From an uncultured Parabacteroides sp. (lineage in GTDB: Bacteria; Bacteroidota; Bacteroidia; Bacteroidales; Tannerellaceae), in assembly GCA_944323815.1 (NCBI GenBank), contig CALUTX010000001.1:1-36042 (forward strand): 36,042 nucleotides of DNA, written 5' to 3'. The position numbers were made by a program, and so were the translations under genes. This document shows, piece by piece, positions 9,297 to 18,239 of the stretch. Every line of letters begins with the position of its first letter. Position 1 is the first letter of the stretch. The notes below the pieces were generated by a model. That model was not told the origin of the DNA. It did no database searches and saw nothing but the letters and a program-made list of their open reading frames with translations.

Positions 9297-9346
9297 CAAA
9301 TTGGCACATGAAGTGCCTGCGATTTATAAACGACTAATTACCAAAC

Positions 9347-11239
9347 TCATTCCAAATAAGTATATCCATACAAGCCAGAACGATAATTCGACAAAAATTC
9401 TTTTCCTTCGTCTACCGAAATGCGACCTTCTTTGACCGACTTGGTTACCCACGTTTCCAACGTGCGTACCAACTTTTTCGGGCTATATTGCACATAATCC
9501 AACACTTCGGCCACGGTCTCGCCATCAATGACTTGCTCGATGTAATACCCCTTGTCGTCCACTGTCACATGGACCGCATTCGTGTCGCCAAAAAGATTAT
9601 GCAAATCTCCCAAAATCTCTTGATAAGCTCCCACCAAAAAGACGCCGATATAGTAAGCATCCTTTCCTTTCAGGGAATGAACCGGCAAATCATGGGAAAC
9701 ATTGCGTGTCGAAATGAAATTGGCAATCTTTCCATCCGAATCGCACGTGATATCTTGCAACGTCGCCGTCCGGTCCGGCCGTTCGTCCAACCGCTGAATG
9801 GGCATAATCGGGAATATCTGGTCTATCGCCCACGAATCGGGCAAGGACTGGAATAACGAAAAATTACAAAAATATTTATCAGCCAACAGTTTGTCCAAGT
9901 TCCGGAACTCATCGGGTGCATGTTTCAAGCCAGAAACAATCTGGTTGATTTCGCGCGTAACCGACCAATACAGGCGTTCGATTTGTGCGCGTGTCTTCAA
10001 ATCGACGATGCCATGGCTGAACAAGTCGAGCGCCTCCTCCCGAATTTGCTGCGCATCGTGCCAGGCTTCCAGCATTCGGGGTTGATTCAGCTTATCCCAA
10101 ATCTCGTACAGTTCACGAACCAACTCATGGTCGGACTCGCTCACCTCGAAATCCTCATCCATTTCAGGCAAAGTCGCCGTTTCCAGCACTTCGAAAATCA
10201 AAACCGAATGATGGGCTGTCAGCGAACGGCCGCTCTCGGTAATGATGTTCGGATGCGGAATGCCATTCTTATCGCTGGCATCGACCAGCGTCGAAATCGA
10301 GTCGTTGACATATTCCTGAATCGAATAGTTGACGCTGCTCTCACTGTTCGACGAGCGGGTTCCGTCATAATCGACACCCAGACCGCCGCCTATATCGACA
10401 AACTCGACATTAAATCCCATCGCATGCAACTGCACGTAAAATTGCGAAGCCTCGCGCAAGGCTGTCTTTATCCGGCGTATTTTCGTTACCTGACTACCGA
10501 TGTGGAAATGTATCAGCTTCAAGCAATCCGCCAAATCCTTCTTTTTCAAGAAGTCCAATGCCTCCAACAATTCGCTCGAAGTCAAGCCGAATTTACTTGC
10601 ATCGCCTCCGCTTTCTTCCCACTTGCCGCTGCCGGACGAAGCCAATTTGATGCGAATGCCGATATTGGGCCGCACGTTAAGCTGCTTCGCGATTTTGGCA
10701 ATCAGCGCCAACTCATTCATCTTCTCCACGACGAGAAAAATCCGTTTGCCCATCTTCTGCGCCAGCAGAGCAAGCTCGATATAACTCTCATCCTTATATC
10801 CATTGCAAATAATCAAAGAATCCGAATCCGTATTGACAGCGATTACAGCATGCAACTCCGGTTTAGAACCGGCCTCCAAACCCAAATTAAACTTTTTCCC
10901 ATGGCCAATGATTTCTTCCACGACCGGACGCATCTGATTGACTTTGATGGGATAAATGATGAAGTTCTGGGCTTTATAGCCATACTCCCCGGCAGCCTGT
11001 TTAAAGCAATTGGCAATCTTCTCGATGCGATTGTCCAATATATCTGGGAAGCGCACCAATACAGGTGCCTCCACGTCCCGCAGCTGCAACTCATCCATCA
11101 AGTCCCTCAAGTCGACGGCAACCCCATTTTTACGCGGAGTGACCACCACATGCCCTTTCTCGTTGATACCAAAGTACGAAGCCCCCCAACCTGTAATGTT
11201 ATAGAGTTCTTCTGAGTCTTCAATACGCCATTTTCTCAT
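9347..11239 (-). CDS. speA: Biosynthetic arginine decarboxylase
   Basis: YPIKVNQ (PLP lysine), GLEAGSKPEL, HFHIGSQ, DIGGGLGVDYDG, DITCDSDG and GAYQEILGDLHNLFG motifs. Confidence 0.98.
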   Translation of the reverse strand: MRKWRIEDSEELYNITGWGASYFGINEKGHVVVTPRKNGVAVDLRDLMDELQLRDVEAPVLVRFPDILDNRIEKIANCFKQAAGEYGYKAQNFIIYPIKVNQMRPVVEEIIGHGKKFNLGLEAGSKPELHAVIAVNTDSDSLIICNGYKDESYIELALLAQKMGKRIFLVVEKMNELALIAKIAKQLNVRPNIGIRIKLASSGSGKWEESGGDASKFGLTSSELLEALDFLKKKDLADCLKLIHFHIGSQVTKIRRIKTALREASQFYVQLHAMGFNVEFVDIGGGLGVDYDGTRSSNSESSVNYSIQEYVNDSISTLVDASDKNGIPHPNIITESGRSLTAHHSVLIFEVLETATLPEMDEDFEVSESDHELVRELYEIWDKLNQPRMLEAWHDAQQIREEALDLFSHGIVDLKTRAQIERLYWSVTREINQIVSGLKHAPDEFRNLDKLLADKYFCNFSLFQSLPDSWAIDQIFPIMPIQRLDERPDRTATLQDITCDSDGKIANFISTRNVSHDLPVHSLKGKDAYYIGVFLVGAYQEILGDLHNLFGDTNAVHVTVDDKGYYIEQVIDGETVAEVLDYVQYSPKKLVRTLETWVTKSVKEGRISVDEGKEFLSNYRSGLYGYTYLE

Positions 11240-11283
11240 TTCTCTTTTCTGTGCAATAAATATATGTATTCATTTGTTGCGGA

Positions 11284-11291
11284 CAAAGATA
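11284..11291 (-). promoter_or_regulatory. -7 promoter element for speA
   Basis: CAAAGATA reads TATCTTTG on the minus strand. Confidence 0.65.
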
Positions 11292-11324
11292 CTACCAAAA
11301 AACGAGATATGGGGCAAATTGAGG

Positions 11325-11370
11325 AAAACAAAATGACCGCAGATTCATTCCGTTTGTATCTGCGGTCATT
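11325..11370 (-). terminator. Intrinsic terminator of the 683-aa lipoprotein gene
   Basis: Perfect 13-bp stem AATGACCGCAGAT (11332-11344)/ATCTGCGGTCATT (11358-11370), followed by a U-rich tract on the minus strand. Confidence 0.85.
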
Positions 11371-11386
11371 CGTATACTATAGAGGC

Positions 11387-13438
11387 TTAGAAAGCGAGAA
11401 TGCAGCGGACGCGGTAAGCACATTCTCCATTACCTTTACTGTAAGCATCCTTATCGTCAAAAGACAGATAAAGGCTATTGCTTTTAGGACTGAGTTTTAT
11501 TTGAGAACCATTATCTGCATCGCCTTCTGAAGAAGTTTGATAGTCACAACTGTTATTGTAAACATGTAATTTGGCAGAAGCTCTTACTTTTCCAAAATAA
11601 GCGTTAATAGCTTCTTCTATATCAGTTCCTTCAGGTTCGGTTTGCATGCTGAAGAAATCAGAAACTTTTTTGAAATTACTTGTTTCAAATGAAACACCGG
11701 CTAAATTTGCCAGTAAATCGGCCCATTGTCCCATACTGGGTAAGAACCAACCAGTTGTCCCTTCGGGTAAATTGACATTATTAGCGTCAGCATACCGTTT
11801 CGCCGCATAAAAAGCGGGATATTTCTCTACATCTCCATATTTCCCTTCATTCCAAATCGTTTGACTATTCTTTAAACCACTGATATCATTATATAATGTA
11901 GTAATATCATCTGTCAAACAATTAGTCAGATCTTCATCATGCATGGCAGGTTTGCTTTTATCGGGGTCAATATTGATAGTTAGTCCTTCATTCTCTTTAG
12001 GGTCATTGCCTGCACACCATAAAAGATTATAATCGCTTTTTTTATAATCATCTTTACTCGGATTTGCTCCGCTATTATGATAATTGATATTTCCCGGAAC
12101 AGTAGCATCGCTCAACGCCATTGCCAATCCGGTCGGCGTATCAACACCTTTCGCGGCCAATACGGCTTTTTCTGCTTCACCGATGCGATCTGTTCCCAGA
12201 TAGAAGATAATACCGACCGGCGTTTTACCGGAAATCAACTTGGTAGAATAACTCCCGTCACTGTACAAAATGTCACCCACTTTCATCTTTTCCATAAAAC
12301 GAATGGCACGAGTCGTAACGTACGTGCTTCCGTCATGCGTTGTCAATGTAGCACGAATGATATATGTTTCGCCGGATTCCATCCCTTTGTATTTTACATT
12401 TATATAATACTCGTCCGAGCCATCTACGGTTGTATTGACAAATACACCGATTTTCTTATCTTCATCATCCGCGCGGGTTGTAATAAAATTCTCATCGTTA
12501 CCAGCTTGGTCGTCGGACGATTGGGTAACAATCTCCGCTATCAGATTGGATATATCCTCTTTTTGTATACCTTCGGGATAATGAAAATAGAGTTGATAGG
12601 AATAGTAGACCGTTGGAGCTGTTATCATGATTGAAACGGGATCATTTTCTTCATACGTTTCTGTCCCTTTATATTCTTCTGAAGAAAGGAGATAGAAACC
12701 GTTAGCTTCTGTTGCCTCACCATAATAAGGTACTTTAAACGTTTGCCCATTCTCTAACGTGAACGTCACATAATCTGTACCAAGTGTAACCGTAATCCCT
12801 TGCGCCGAACCTCCGTTCGAGCCTGCCGGGCCTTGTGGGCCTTGTGGACCGGTCGGTCCCTGCGGGCCGGTTGCGCCGGTATCGCCTTTCGGGCCTGTGA
12901 CGCGCGTCCACGTCTTGCCATTGTCCACGCTAAGGTAAACAATGCTGTTTTCGGGGTTCTTGCCTTCGTCGGCACCGGTCAGGACAGCATCGTCGGGCAG
13001 GTCTTTCCCTAATTTCAAAATGGGTGTTGGAGCTGATGCACCATCTTCCCCGTTGGCTCGGATGGGGTTGCCTTCGCTGTCGAGCAGCAACTCGCCATTC
13101 TGCGTCCAATACCAATTGCCGTCTTCGCCCTGCGTGAGGCTGATACCGGCGTCGGCACCGTTGTAGAGCGTGATGGATTCCGACTGCTTGAAGTCGATGC
13201 GGTAGCCGATGGTGTCTCCCTCTTCGGTAAGCGTCGTCACGGCAGTGATGTAGTCCATCGTGTTGATTAACTCTTGCAAACCGGCAATCGTTTCGTTGGC
13301 TTGCTTTTGCCAGGTCTCCAGCGCAGCGATACGCGCCTCGTGGTCGTTCACCCGATTCCATAGTTCATCGTCATCATACTTGCAGGAACTGATTGCAATG
13401 AGGGCGAACGCCATCCAAACAAAGTGTTTCAGTTTCAT
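11387..13438 (-). CDS. Surface lipoprotein: DUF4988 (PL29-N-terminal-like) coiled-coil domain, collagen-like linker, C-terminal DUF1566/C-type-lectin-like adhesin domain
   Basis: Lipobox ISS-C followed by KYDDDEL; [18 protein letters not shown] (DUF4988-like); 9 Gly-X-Y triplets; [32 protein letters not shown] and terminal YRVRCILAF. Confidence 0.8.
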   Translation of the reverse strand: MKLKHFVWMAFALIAISSCKYDDDELWNRVNDHEARIAALETWQKQANETIAGLQELINTMDYITAVTTLTEEGDTIGYRIDFKQSESITLYNGADAGISLTQGEDGNWYWTQNGELLLDSEGNPIRANGEDGASAPTPILKLGKDLPDDAVLTGADEGKNPENSIVYLSVDNGKTWTRVTGPKGDTGATGPQGPTGPQGPQGPAGSNGGSAQGITVTLGTDYVTFTLENGQTFKVPYYGEATEANGFYLLSSEEYKGTETYEENDPVSIMITAPTVYYSYQLYFHYPEGIQKEDISNLIAEIVTQSSDDQAGNDENFITTRADDEDKKIGVFVNTTVDGSDEYYINVKYKGMESGETYIIRATLTTHDGSTYVTTRAIRFMEKMKVGDILYSDGSYSTKLISGKTPVGIIFYLGTDRIGEAEKAVLAAKGVDTPTGLAMALSDATVPGNINYHNSGANPSKDDYKKSDYNLLWCAGNDPKENEGLTINIDPDKSKPAMHDEDLTNCLTDDITTLYNDISGLKNSQTIWNEGKYGDVEKYPAFYAAKRYADANNVNLPEGTTGWFLPSMGQWADLLANLAGVSFETSNFKKVSDFFSMQTEPEGTDIEEAINAYFGKVRASAKLHVYNNSCDYQTSSEGDADNGSQIKLSPKSNSLYLSFDDKDAYSKGNGECAYRVRCILAF
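12815..12895 (-). repeat. Collagen-like (Gly-X-Y)9 coding repeat
   Basis: [27 protein letters not shown]. Confidence 0.92.
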
Positions 13439-13825
13439 AATTCACTCGTTTTTTGTTTCCCCATGCCAGTTCCCACGCAGGAGTTGGTTACCAAATTAAC
13501 TCGTTTGAAACGGGCATATATGCGAAAAGCGTGGGAACTGTACTCTGTCACTTATCCCACGTTTCCAGGCCTTCGCATTGCCTACAGCATAAGGATAAGC
13601 AACGAAGAAAGCCCACGCCGATGGTATAGTCATACAACTGTGCGCCATGAATAAGCGCACAGTGCATTCTTATACAACCCCGCAGGCATCTACCGTTGCC
13701 TTATCTTCTTATGCTGTTTCTAAAGTTGCGAAGTTCGGAAACATAGAAGATAAAGCGTTAAGTAAACGCCTTCTACATATATGTCTGTTGCCCACCCCTC
13801 TTAAAAAAATCGGCGTGAGTAACGG
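13439..13825 (-). ncRNA. Candidate large structured 5' leader RNA of the lipoprotein gene
   Basis: Several long-range complementary segments (see findings) between a -7 promoter and the ATG; no credible ORF. Confidence 0.6.
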
Positions 13826-13828
13826 ATG

Positions 13829-13836
13829 CAAATGTA
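13829..13836 (-). promoter_or_regulatory. -7 promoter element for leader plus lipoprotein gene
   Basis: CAAATGTA reads TACATTTG on the minus strand. Confidence 0.65.
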
Positions 13837-13933
13837 TAGAAAAAACTTTGGATTAAGAGTAAATTCCTTCAGAATATACAAATTTTATTCCCTCGGTCAA
13901 ACATAAACTTAGTTTTTACCGTACCTATTCTTT

Positions 13934-14013
13934 AATCAGCATCGTTGATTGTACAATCAGCGTCGGCGTTTTTATAATCAACGACGCTGATTATACAAAC
14001 ACCGACGCTGATT
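13934..14013. repeat. 21-bp-period array of 17-bp palindromic AATCAGCGWCGCTGATT-like units, copy 1
   Basis: Units at 13934, 13955, 13976 and 13997, separated by 4-bp spacers (GTAC, TTAT, ATAC). Confidence 0.85.
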
Positions 14014-14127
14014 TGAGAATGGGATGAGGGCGGGAATAAAAGATACTCCGATAGTCTGTACTTCTGTTTGCGAGGAAGATAAATAGTTAATCTTGTGGGA
14101 ACACTCGGAGATGCCCAAAGAATAGCG

Positions 14128-14135
14128 TACATTTG
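14128..14135 (+). promoter_or_regulatory. -7 promoter element for fkp
   Basis: TACATTTG, 38 nt upstream of ATG 14174. Confidence 0.65.
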
Positions 14136-14173
14136 TTTTCTAAAATGACTGATTATATCCATATAAAAAAGAA

Positions 14174-17017
14174 ATGAAGAAATTACTTTCTTTACCGCCT
14201 AACTTGGTCGGTAGTTTTCATACAATCACAAACAGCGACCCGGCTGAATGGTTTTGCGCGTCCGACCCCATCGGGGCTCGTTTGGGGTCAGGAGGAGGAA
14301 CCACTTGGATACTGGAGCGTTGCTACCGCAACGAGCAAACGGCACGGACATTCGAGGAGTGGTTAGCCGCAGAAAAACGAATCATCCTCCATGCCGGCGG
14401 TCAAAGCCGGCGTCTGCCCGGTTATGCGCCATCCGGGAAAATCCTGACGCCCATCCCGGTCTTCCGCTGGGCACGCGGACAAAAGTTGTCGCAAGACCTG
14501 CTTTCGCTCCAGCTTCCGTTGTATGAAGAAATCATGCGCAAAGCGCCGGACTCCCTGCATACGTTGATTGCCAGCGGCGATGTGTACCTGCGCCACAACG
14601 AACCGTTGCAGGCGATTCCGGAAGCCGATGTCGTCTGTTACGGTTTATGGGTAGACCCCGCGCTTGCCACCCGGCATGGCGTTTTTGTGTCTGACCGGAC
14701 TACGCCCAACCGGCTCGATTTCATGTTGCAAAAACCCTCTTTCGAAACGTTGCAGCAGTTAGCGAGTTCGCATTTCTTCCTGATGGATATCGGCGTATGG
14801 CTGCTCAGCGACCGTGCCGTCCGCCTGTTGGCGCAACGTTCCTATCAACCGGACGGAAAGCAGATGAAGGCATACGACCTGTATGCGGAATTCGGCTGTG
14901 CGTTAGGCGTTCACCCGCGCATCGCAGACAGGGAGCTGAACCAGCTGAGCGTGGCGATTCTTCCCCTTCCGGGAGGCGAGTTTTATCATTACGGAACCAG
15001 TCGCGAACTCATTTCATCGACCTTGTCCGTACAAAATCTCGTGCACGACCAACGCCTCATCATGCAACGGGCAGTCAAGCCTCATCCCGCCATGTTCGTC
15101 CAGAACGCTCTTGTGCAGTGTCCGCTTACTTCCCAAAACTCGGAACTTTGGATTGAGAACAGTTTTGTGAACGACCAATGGCGGTTAAACCGGCAGCACA
15201 TCATCACCGGCGTGCCGGAAAATAACTGGCAGCTACACATTCCGGCGGGAATCTGCATCGACGTCGTTCCCATCCGCCAAGCGGAATGGGCCGCTCGGCC
15301 GTATGGATTCGCAGACCCGTTCAAAGGTGCGACAAACGCCCCGGAAACTCAATTCTTGGGACAACCGTTTGCCGAATGGAAAGCCCGGCGCGACCTCATT
15401 GTGCCCGACTACCCGGACATACAAGACGCGCCGTTGTTCCCTGTTTGCAACAGCATCGAGGAAACAGGGCTCGTCATGCGTTGGATGACTTCCGAGCCGT
15501 CACTGGCCGAAGGCAAAGCTATTTGGGAGAAACGAACCAAACTTTCTGCCAATCAACTGTCAGACCAAGCCAACCTCTCCCGGCTGTTTGCCCAGCGCGA
15601 ACACTTCAGGAAAAACAACTGGTATGCGTTGGCAGCCAATTACAACAAAAGCGTTTTCTATCAATTGGATTTAGACGACGCGGCGGCGGCATTCATCCGT
15701 AACTCGATTCCGCTTCCGGCGCCCCTCCCACACGATGCGCCTTTATTGACGCGCATTCAAGACCATTCGTTCCGTGCCCGCGTCCTAAAGGCGACCGACT
15801 TCAAGCAGAGCGAAAGGGAAGAGCAACAGGCCTTTTCCTTGTTACGGGAGGGATTAATCCAGACCGTAAGCCATGAAAAGCAATCCCCTCGCCTCGATGT
15901 GTACCGCGACCAAATCGTTTGGGCACGCAGTCCGGTCCGTATCGACTTGGCCGGCGGCTGGACCGACACGCCTCCCTATTGTCTGTATGCTGGCGGCAAC
16001 GTGGTCAATGTAGCCATCGAGCTGAACGGGCAGCCGCCGTTGCAGGTCTACATCAAGCCGTCGCCCGAACACCGGCACATCATCCTCCGCTCCATCGACT
16101 TGGGCGCCATGGAATGCGTTTCGACATGGGAAGAACTGCGCGATTTCAGAAAAGTGGGTTCTCCTTTCTCTATTCCCAAGGCGGCGTTGGCTTTGGCGGG
16201 ATTCGTCCCTGAATTTTCGGCCGACCGTTATGCTTCCTTGAAAGAGCAGTTGGAGGCATTCGGATGCGGATTGGAAATCACCCTGCTGGCAGCGATTCCC
16301 GCAGGCTCGGGACTGGGGACAAGTTCTATTCTGGCGGCAACGGTGTTAGGGGCGTTGTCCAATTGCTGCGGCCTTGCCTGGGACAAAAACAAAATCGGAA
16401 ACCGGACGTTAATCCTCGAACAGCTGCTTACTACCGGCGGAGGCTGGCAAGATCAATATGGAGGGATTCTGCACGGACTTAAACTTCTGCAAACAGACGA
16501 AGGGTTGCTTCAAGCCCCCGTTATCCGATGGCTACCGGAACAGCTCTTTACCGAACCGGAATATCAGGCTTGTCACCTGCTTTACTACACCGGCATCACC
16601 CGCACGGCTAAAGGCATTCTTGCCGAAATCGTCCGGCAGATGTTCCTCAATAGTGGGCCGCATCTTCTCCTTTTATCGGAGATGAAGACCCATGCGTTAG
16701 ATCTTTCCGAAGCCATCTTGCATGGCGATTTCCAAACTTACGGGCGACTGGTCGGCAAAAGCTGGGGACAAAACAAAGCACTCGATGCGGGTACGAATCC
16801 GCCTGCCGTAGAAGCCATTATATCCCGGATTCAGGACTATGCCTTAGGCTACAAGCTGCCGGGAGCCGGAGGGGGCGGCTATCTCTACATCACAGCCAAA
16901 GACCCGGAAGCCGCGTTGCACATCAAACGCATCCTGACCAACGAGCCACTCAACGCCAATGCCCGGTTCGTCGACATGAATCTGTCGGATAAAGGCTTGC
17001 AAATAAGCCGCTCCTGA
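14174..17017 (+). CDS. fkp: Bifunctional L-fucokinase/GDP-L-fucose pyrophosphorylase
   Basis: MKKLLSLPPNLV start, LGSGGGT and HAGGQSRRLP; GHMP kinase motifs PVRIDLAGGWTDTPP, PAGSGLGTSS, GGGWQDQ and GAGGGG; 947 aa. Confidence 0.97.
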   Translation: MKKLLSLPPNLVGSFHTITNSDPAEWFCASDPIGARLGSGGGTTWILERCYRNEQTARTFEEWLAAEKRIILHAGGQSRRLPGYAPSGKILTPIPVFRWARGQKLSQDLLSLQLPLYEEIMRKAPDSLHTLIASGDVYLRHNEPLQAIPEADVVCYGLWVDPALATRHGVFVSDRTTPNRLDFMLQKPSFETLQQLASSHFFLMDIGVWLLSDRAVRLLAQRSYQPDGKQMKAYDLYAEFGCALGVHPRIADRELNQLSVAILPLPGGEFYHYGTSRELISSTLSVQNLVHDQRLIMQRAVKPHPAMFVQNALVQCPLTSQNSELWIENSFVNDQWRLNRQHIITGVPENNWQLHIPAGICIDVVPIRQAEWAARPYGFADPFKGATNAPETQFLGQPFAEWKARRDLIVPDYPDIQDAPLFPVCNSIEETGLVMRWMTSEPSLAEGKAIWEKRTKLSANQLSDQANLSRLFAQREHFRKNNWYALAANYNKSVFYQLDLDDAAAAFIRNSIPLPAPLPHDAPLLTRIQDHSFRARVLKATDFKQSEREEQQAFSLLREGLIQTVSHEKQSPRLDVYRDQIVWARSPVRIDLAGGWTDTPPYCLYAGGNVVNVAIELNGQPPLQVYIKPSPEHRHIILRSIDLGAMECVSTWEELRDFRKVGSPFSIPKAALALAGFVPEFSADRYASLKEQLEAFGCGLEITLLAAIPAGSGLGTSSILAATVLGALSNCCGLAWDKNKIGNRTLILEQLLTTGGGWQDQYGGILHGLKLLQTDEGLLQAPVIRWLPEQLFTEPEYQACHLLYYTGITRTAKGILAEIVRQMFLNSGPHLLLLSEMKTHALDLSEAILHGDFQTYGRLVGKSWGQNKALDAGTNPPAVEAIISRIQDYALGYKLPGAGGGGYLYITAKDPEAALHIKRILTNEPLNANARFVDMNLSDKGLQISRS

Positions 17018-17071
17018 AGCTGCAAACAAAGAAAAACAAGCGAAACTGTCGGGTATTTCCGGCAGTTATGC

Positions 17072-17079
17072 TACATTTG
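17072..17079 (+). promoter_or_regulatory. -7 promoter element for the DUF5606 gene
   Basis: TACATTTG upstream of an A-rich leader and ATG 17132. Confidence 0.65.
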
Positions 17080-17131
17080 CAGGCGCAAAATGTAAATTAC
17101 TAATCAAAACAAACAGAAAAACAGAAGCATT

Positions 17132-17581
17132 ATGTTGAAGACGATTTTGTCTATCTCGGGACGACCGGGATTATTCAGGTTAGTTTCAAGAGGGAAAAAT
17201 ATGTTGATTGTCGAATCGTTGGCCGACAAAAAGAAGGTGCCGGCCTACGCTAAAGACAAAGTCATCTCTTTGGGCGACATTTCCATCTATACACAGGAGG
17301 GCGAAACGCCGCTGCACAACGTATTGACAGCTATCAAAGAGAAAGAAAACGAAGGAAAGGCCTCCATCCCGACATCGGCCAAGCCCGACGAGTTGTATGC
17401 CTACTTCGCCGAAATCTTGCCCAACTTTGACCGCGACCGGGTACATCCGGGCGACATCAAAAAAATCATCCTGTGGTACAACCTCCTGCTCGACGCCGGC
17501 ATGACGGATTTCACTCCGGAAGAGGTAGAAAGCACTGACGAGACGGCAAGCGAAGCTGCAACAGAAAAAGCTGAAGCCTAA
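17132..17581 (+). CDS. DUF5606 domain-containing conserved Bacteroidetes protein
   Basis: MLKTILSISGRPGLF..., ISLGDISIYT and LPNFDRDRVHPGDIKKIILWYNLL; acidic tail. Confidence 0.88.
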   Translation: MLKTILSISGRPGLFRLVSRGKNMLIVESLADKKKVPAYAKDKVISLGDISIYTQEGETPLHNVLTAIKEKENEGKASIPTSAKPDELYAYFAEILPNFDRDRVHPGDIKKIILWYNLLLDAGMTDFTPEEVESTDETASEAATEKAEA

Positions 17582-17598
17582 CTGCACTTACCCGGAAC

Positions 17599-17650
17599 GT
17601 AAATAAAAATAGGATGCAGATAAAAAAATCTGCATCCTATTTTTATTTAC
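17599..17650. terminator. Bidirectional terminator, perfect 23-bp inverted repeat
   Basis: GTAAATAAAAATAGGATGCAGAT-aaaaaa-ATCTGCATCCTATTTTTATTTAC; overlaps the stop codon of the convergent acetyltransferase. Confidence 0.9.
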
Positions 17651-18206
17651 CTGCTATCTCACGAATCACCCGGCAAGGATTACCGACTGCCAACATGCCT
17701 GCGGGAATGTCCTTCGTTACCACGCTACCCGCACCTATCACAACACCATCCCCAATCGTGACACCCGGCAGGATAGAAACGCCCGCTCCTATCCAAACGT
17801 TATTGCCAATCGTCACCGGACGGGCATATTCCAACCCCTGATTACGTTGCGCCACGTCCAACGGATGTCCGGCCGTATAAATGCCGACATTAGGCGCGAT
17901 AAAAACATTATCGCCGATGCGAACTTTCGCCTCATCCAGCACCACGAAGTTGAAATTGGCAAAGAAATTCGCTCCTACCTCTATATTATAGCCGTAATCA
18001 CAGAAAAAGGGTTGTTCAATAACAGTTTGTTGCCCCATCTTCCCCAACAATCGTTCCAACAGCGCACGCCGTTCCGCCTGTTGCGAAGGACGCAGCCGGT
18101 TATAGTCATAAAGCAGCTCTTTGGCCCGCAAGCGCTCCGCCAGCAATTCCGCATCGTAATTGGCATCATAGAGAAGACCTTGCGCACATTTTTCTTTTTC
18201 GGTCAT
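17643..18206 (-). CDS. maa: Maltose/galactoside O-acetyltransferase family protein
   Basis: Mac N-terminal domain, PFFCDYGYNI, hexapeptide repeats (VTIGNNVWIG, VTIGDGVVIGAGSVVTKD) and GNPCR. Confidence 0.88.
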   Translation of the reverse strand: MTEKEKCAQGLLYDANYDAELLAERLRAKELLYDYNRLRPSQQAERRALLERLLGKMGQQTVIEQPFFCDYGYNIEVGANFFANFNFVVLDEAKVRIGDNVFIAPNVGIYTAGHPLDVAQRNQGLEYARPVTIGNNVWIGAGVSILPGVTIGDGVVIGAGSVVTKDIPAGMLAVGNPCRVIREIAGK

Positions 18207-18239
18207 GATTGCATCCTTTCATTGATGTTTATTACTTTT

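Noticed and set aside
9920-11215. 431-aa ORF antisense to speA
   Set aside because: Shadow frame of a highly conserved gene with no recognisable motifs. Long antisense ORFs recur opposite many genes here (2464-3186, 6969-7673, 21507-22451), consistent with codon bias.
11387-13438. Annotation as a PL29 polysaccharide lyase
   Set aside because: Only the N-terminal anchor-type domain resembles that family label; no lyase catalytic domain is evident.
13467-13540. Invertible (phase-variable) promoter bounded by the 12-bp inverted repeat
   Set aside because: No TAnnTTTG lies between the repeats, no recombinase is nearby, and the repeat is one of many nested helices better explained as RNA structure. 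Read-orientation data would settle it.
11387-13836. Complete diversity-generating retroelement
   Set aside because: No reverse transcriptase, Avd-like gene or template repeat was found. The 13439-13825 leader shows no similarity to the gene's 3' end.
13424-14162. Short ORFs 13424-13654, 13647-13856 and 13932-14162
   Set aside because: They overlap the structured leader or the palindromic array and have no protein-like features.
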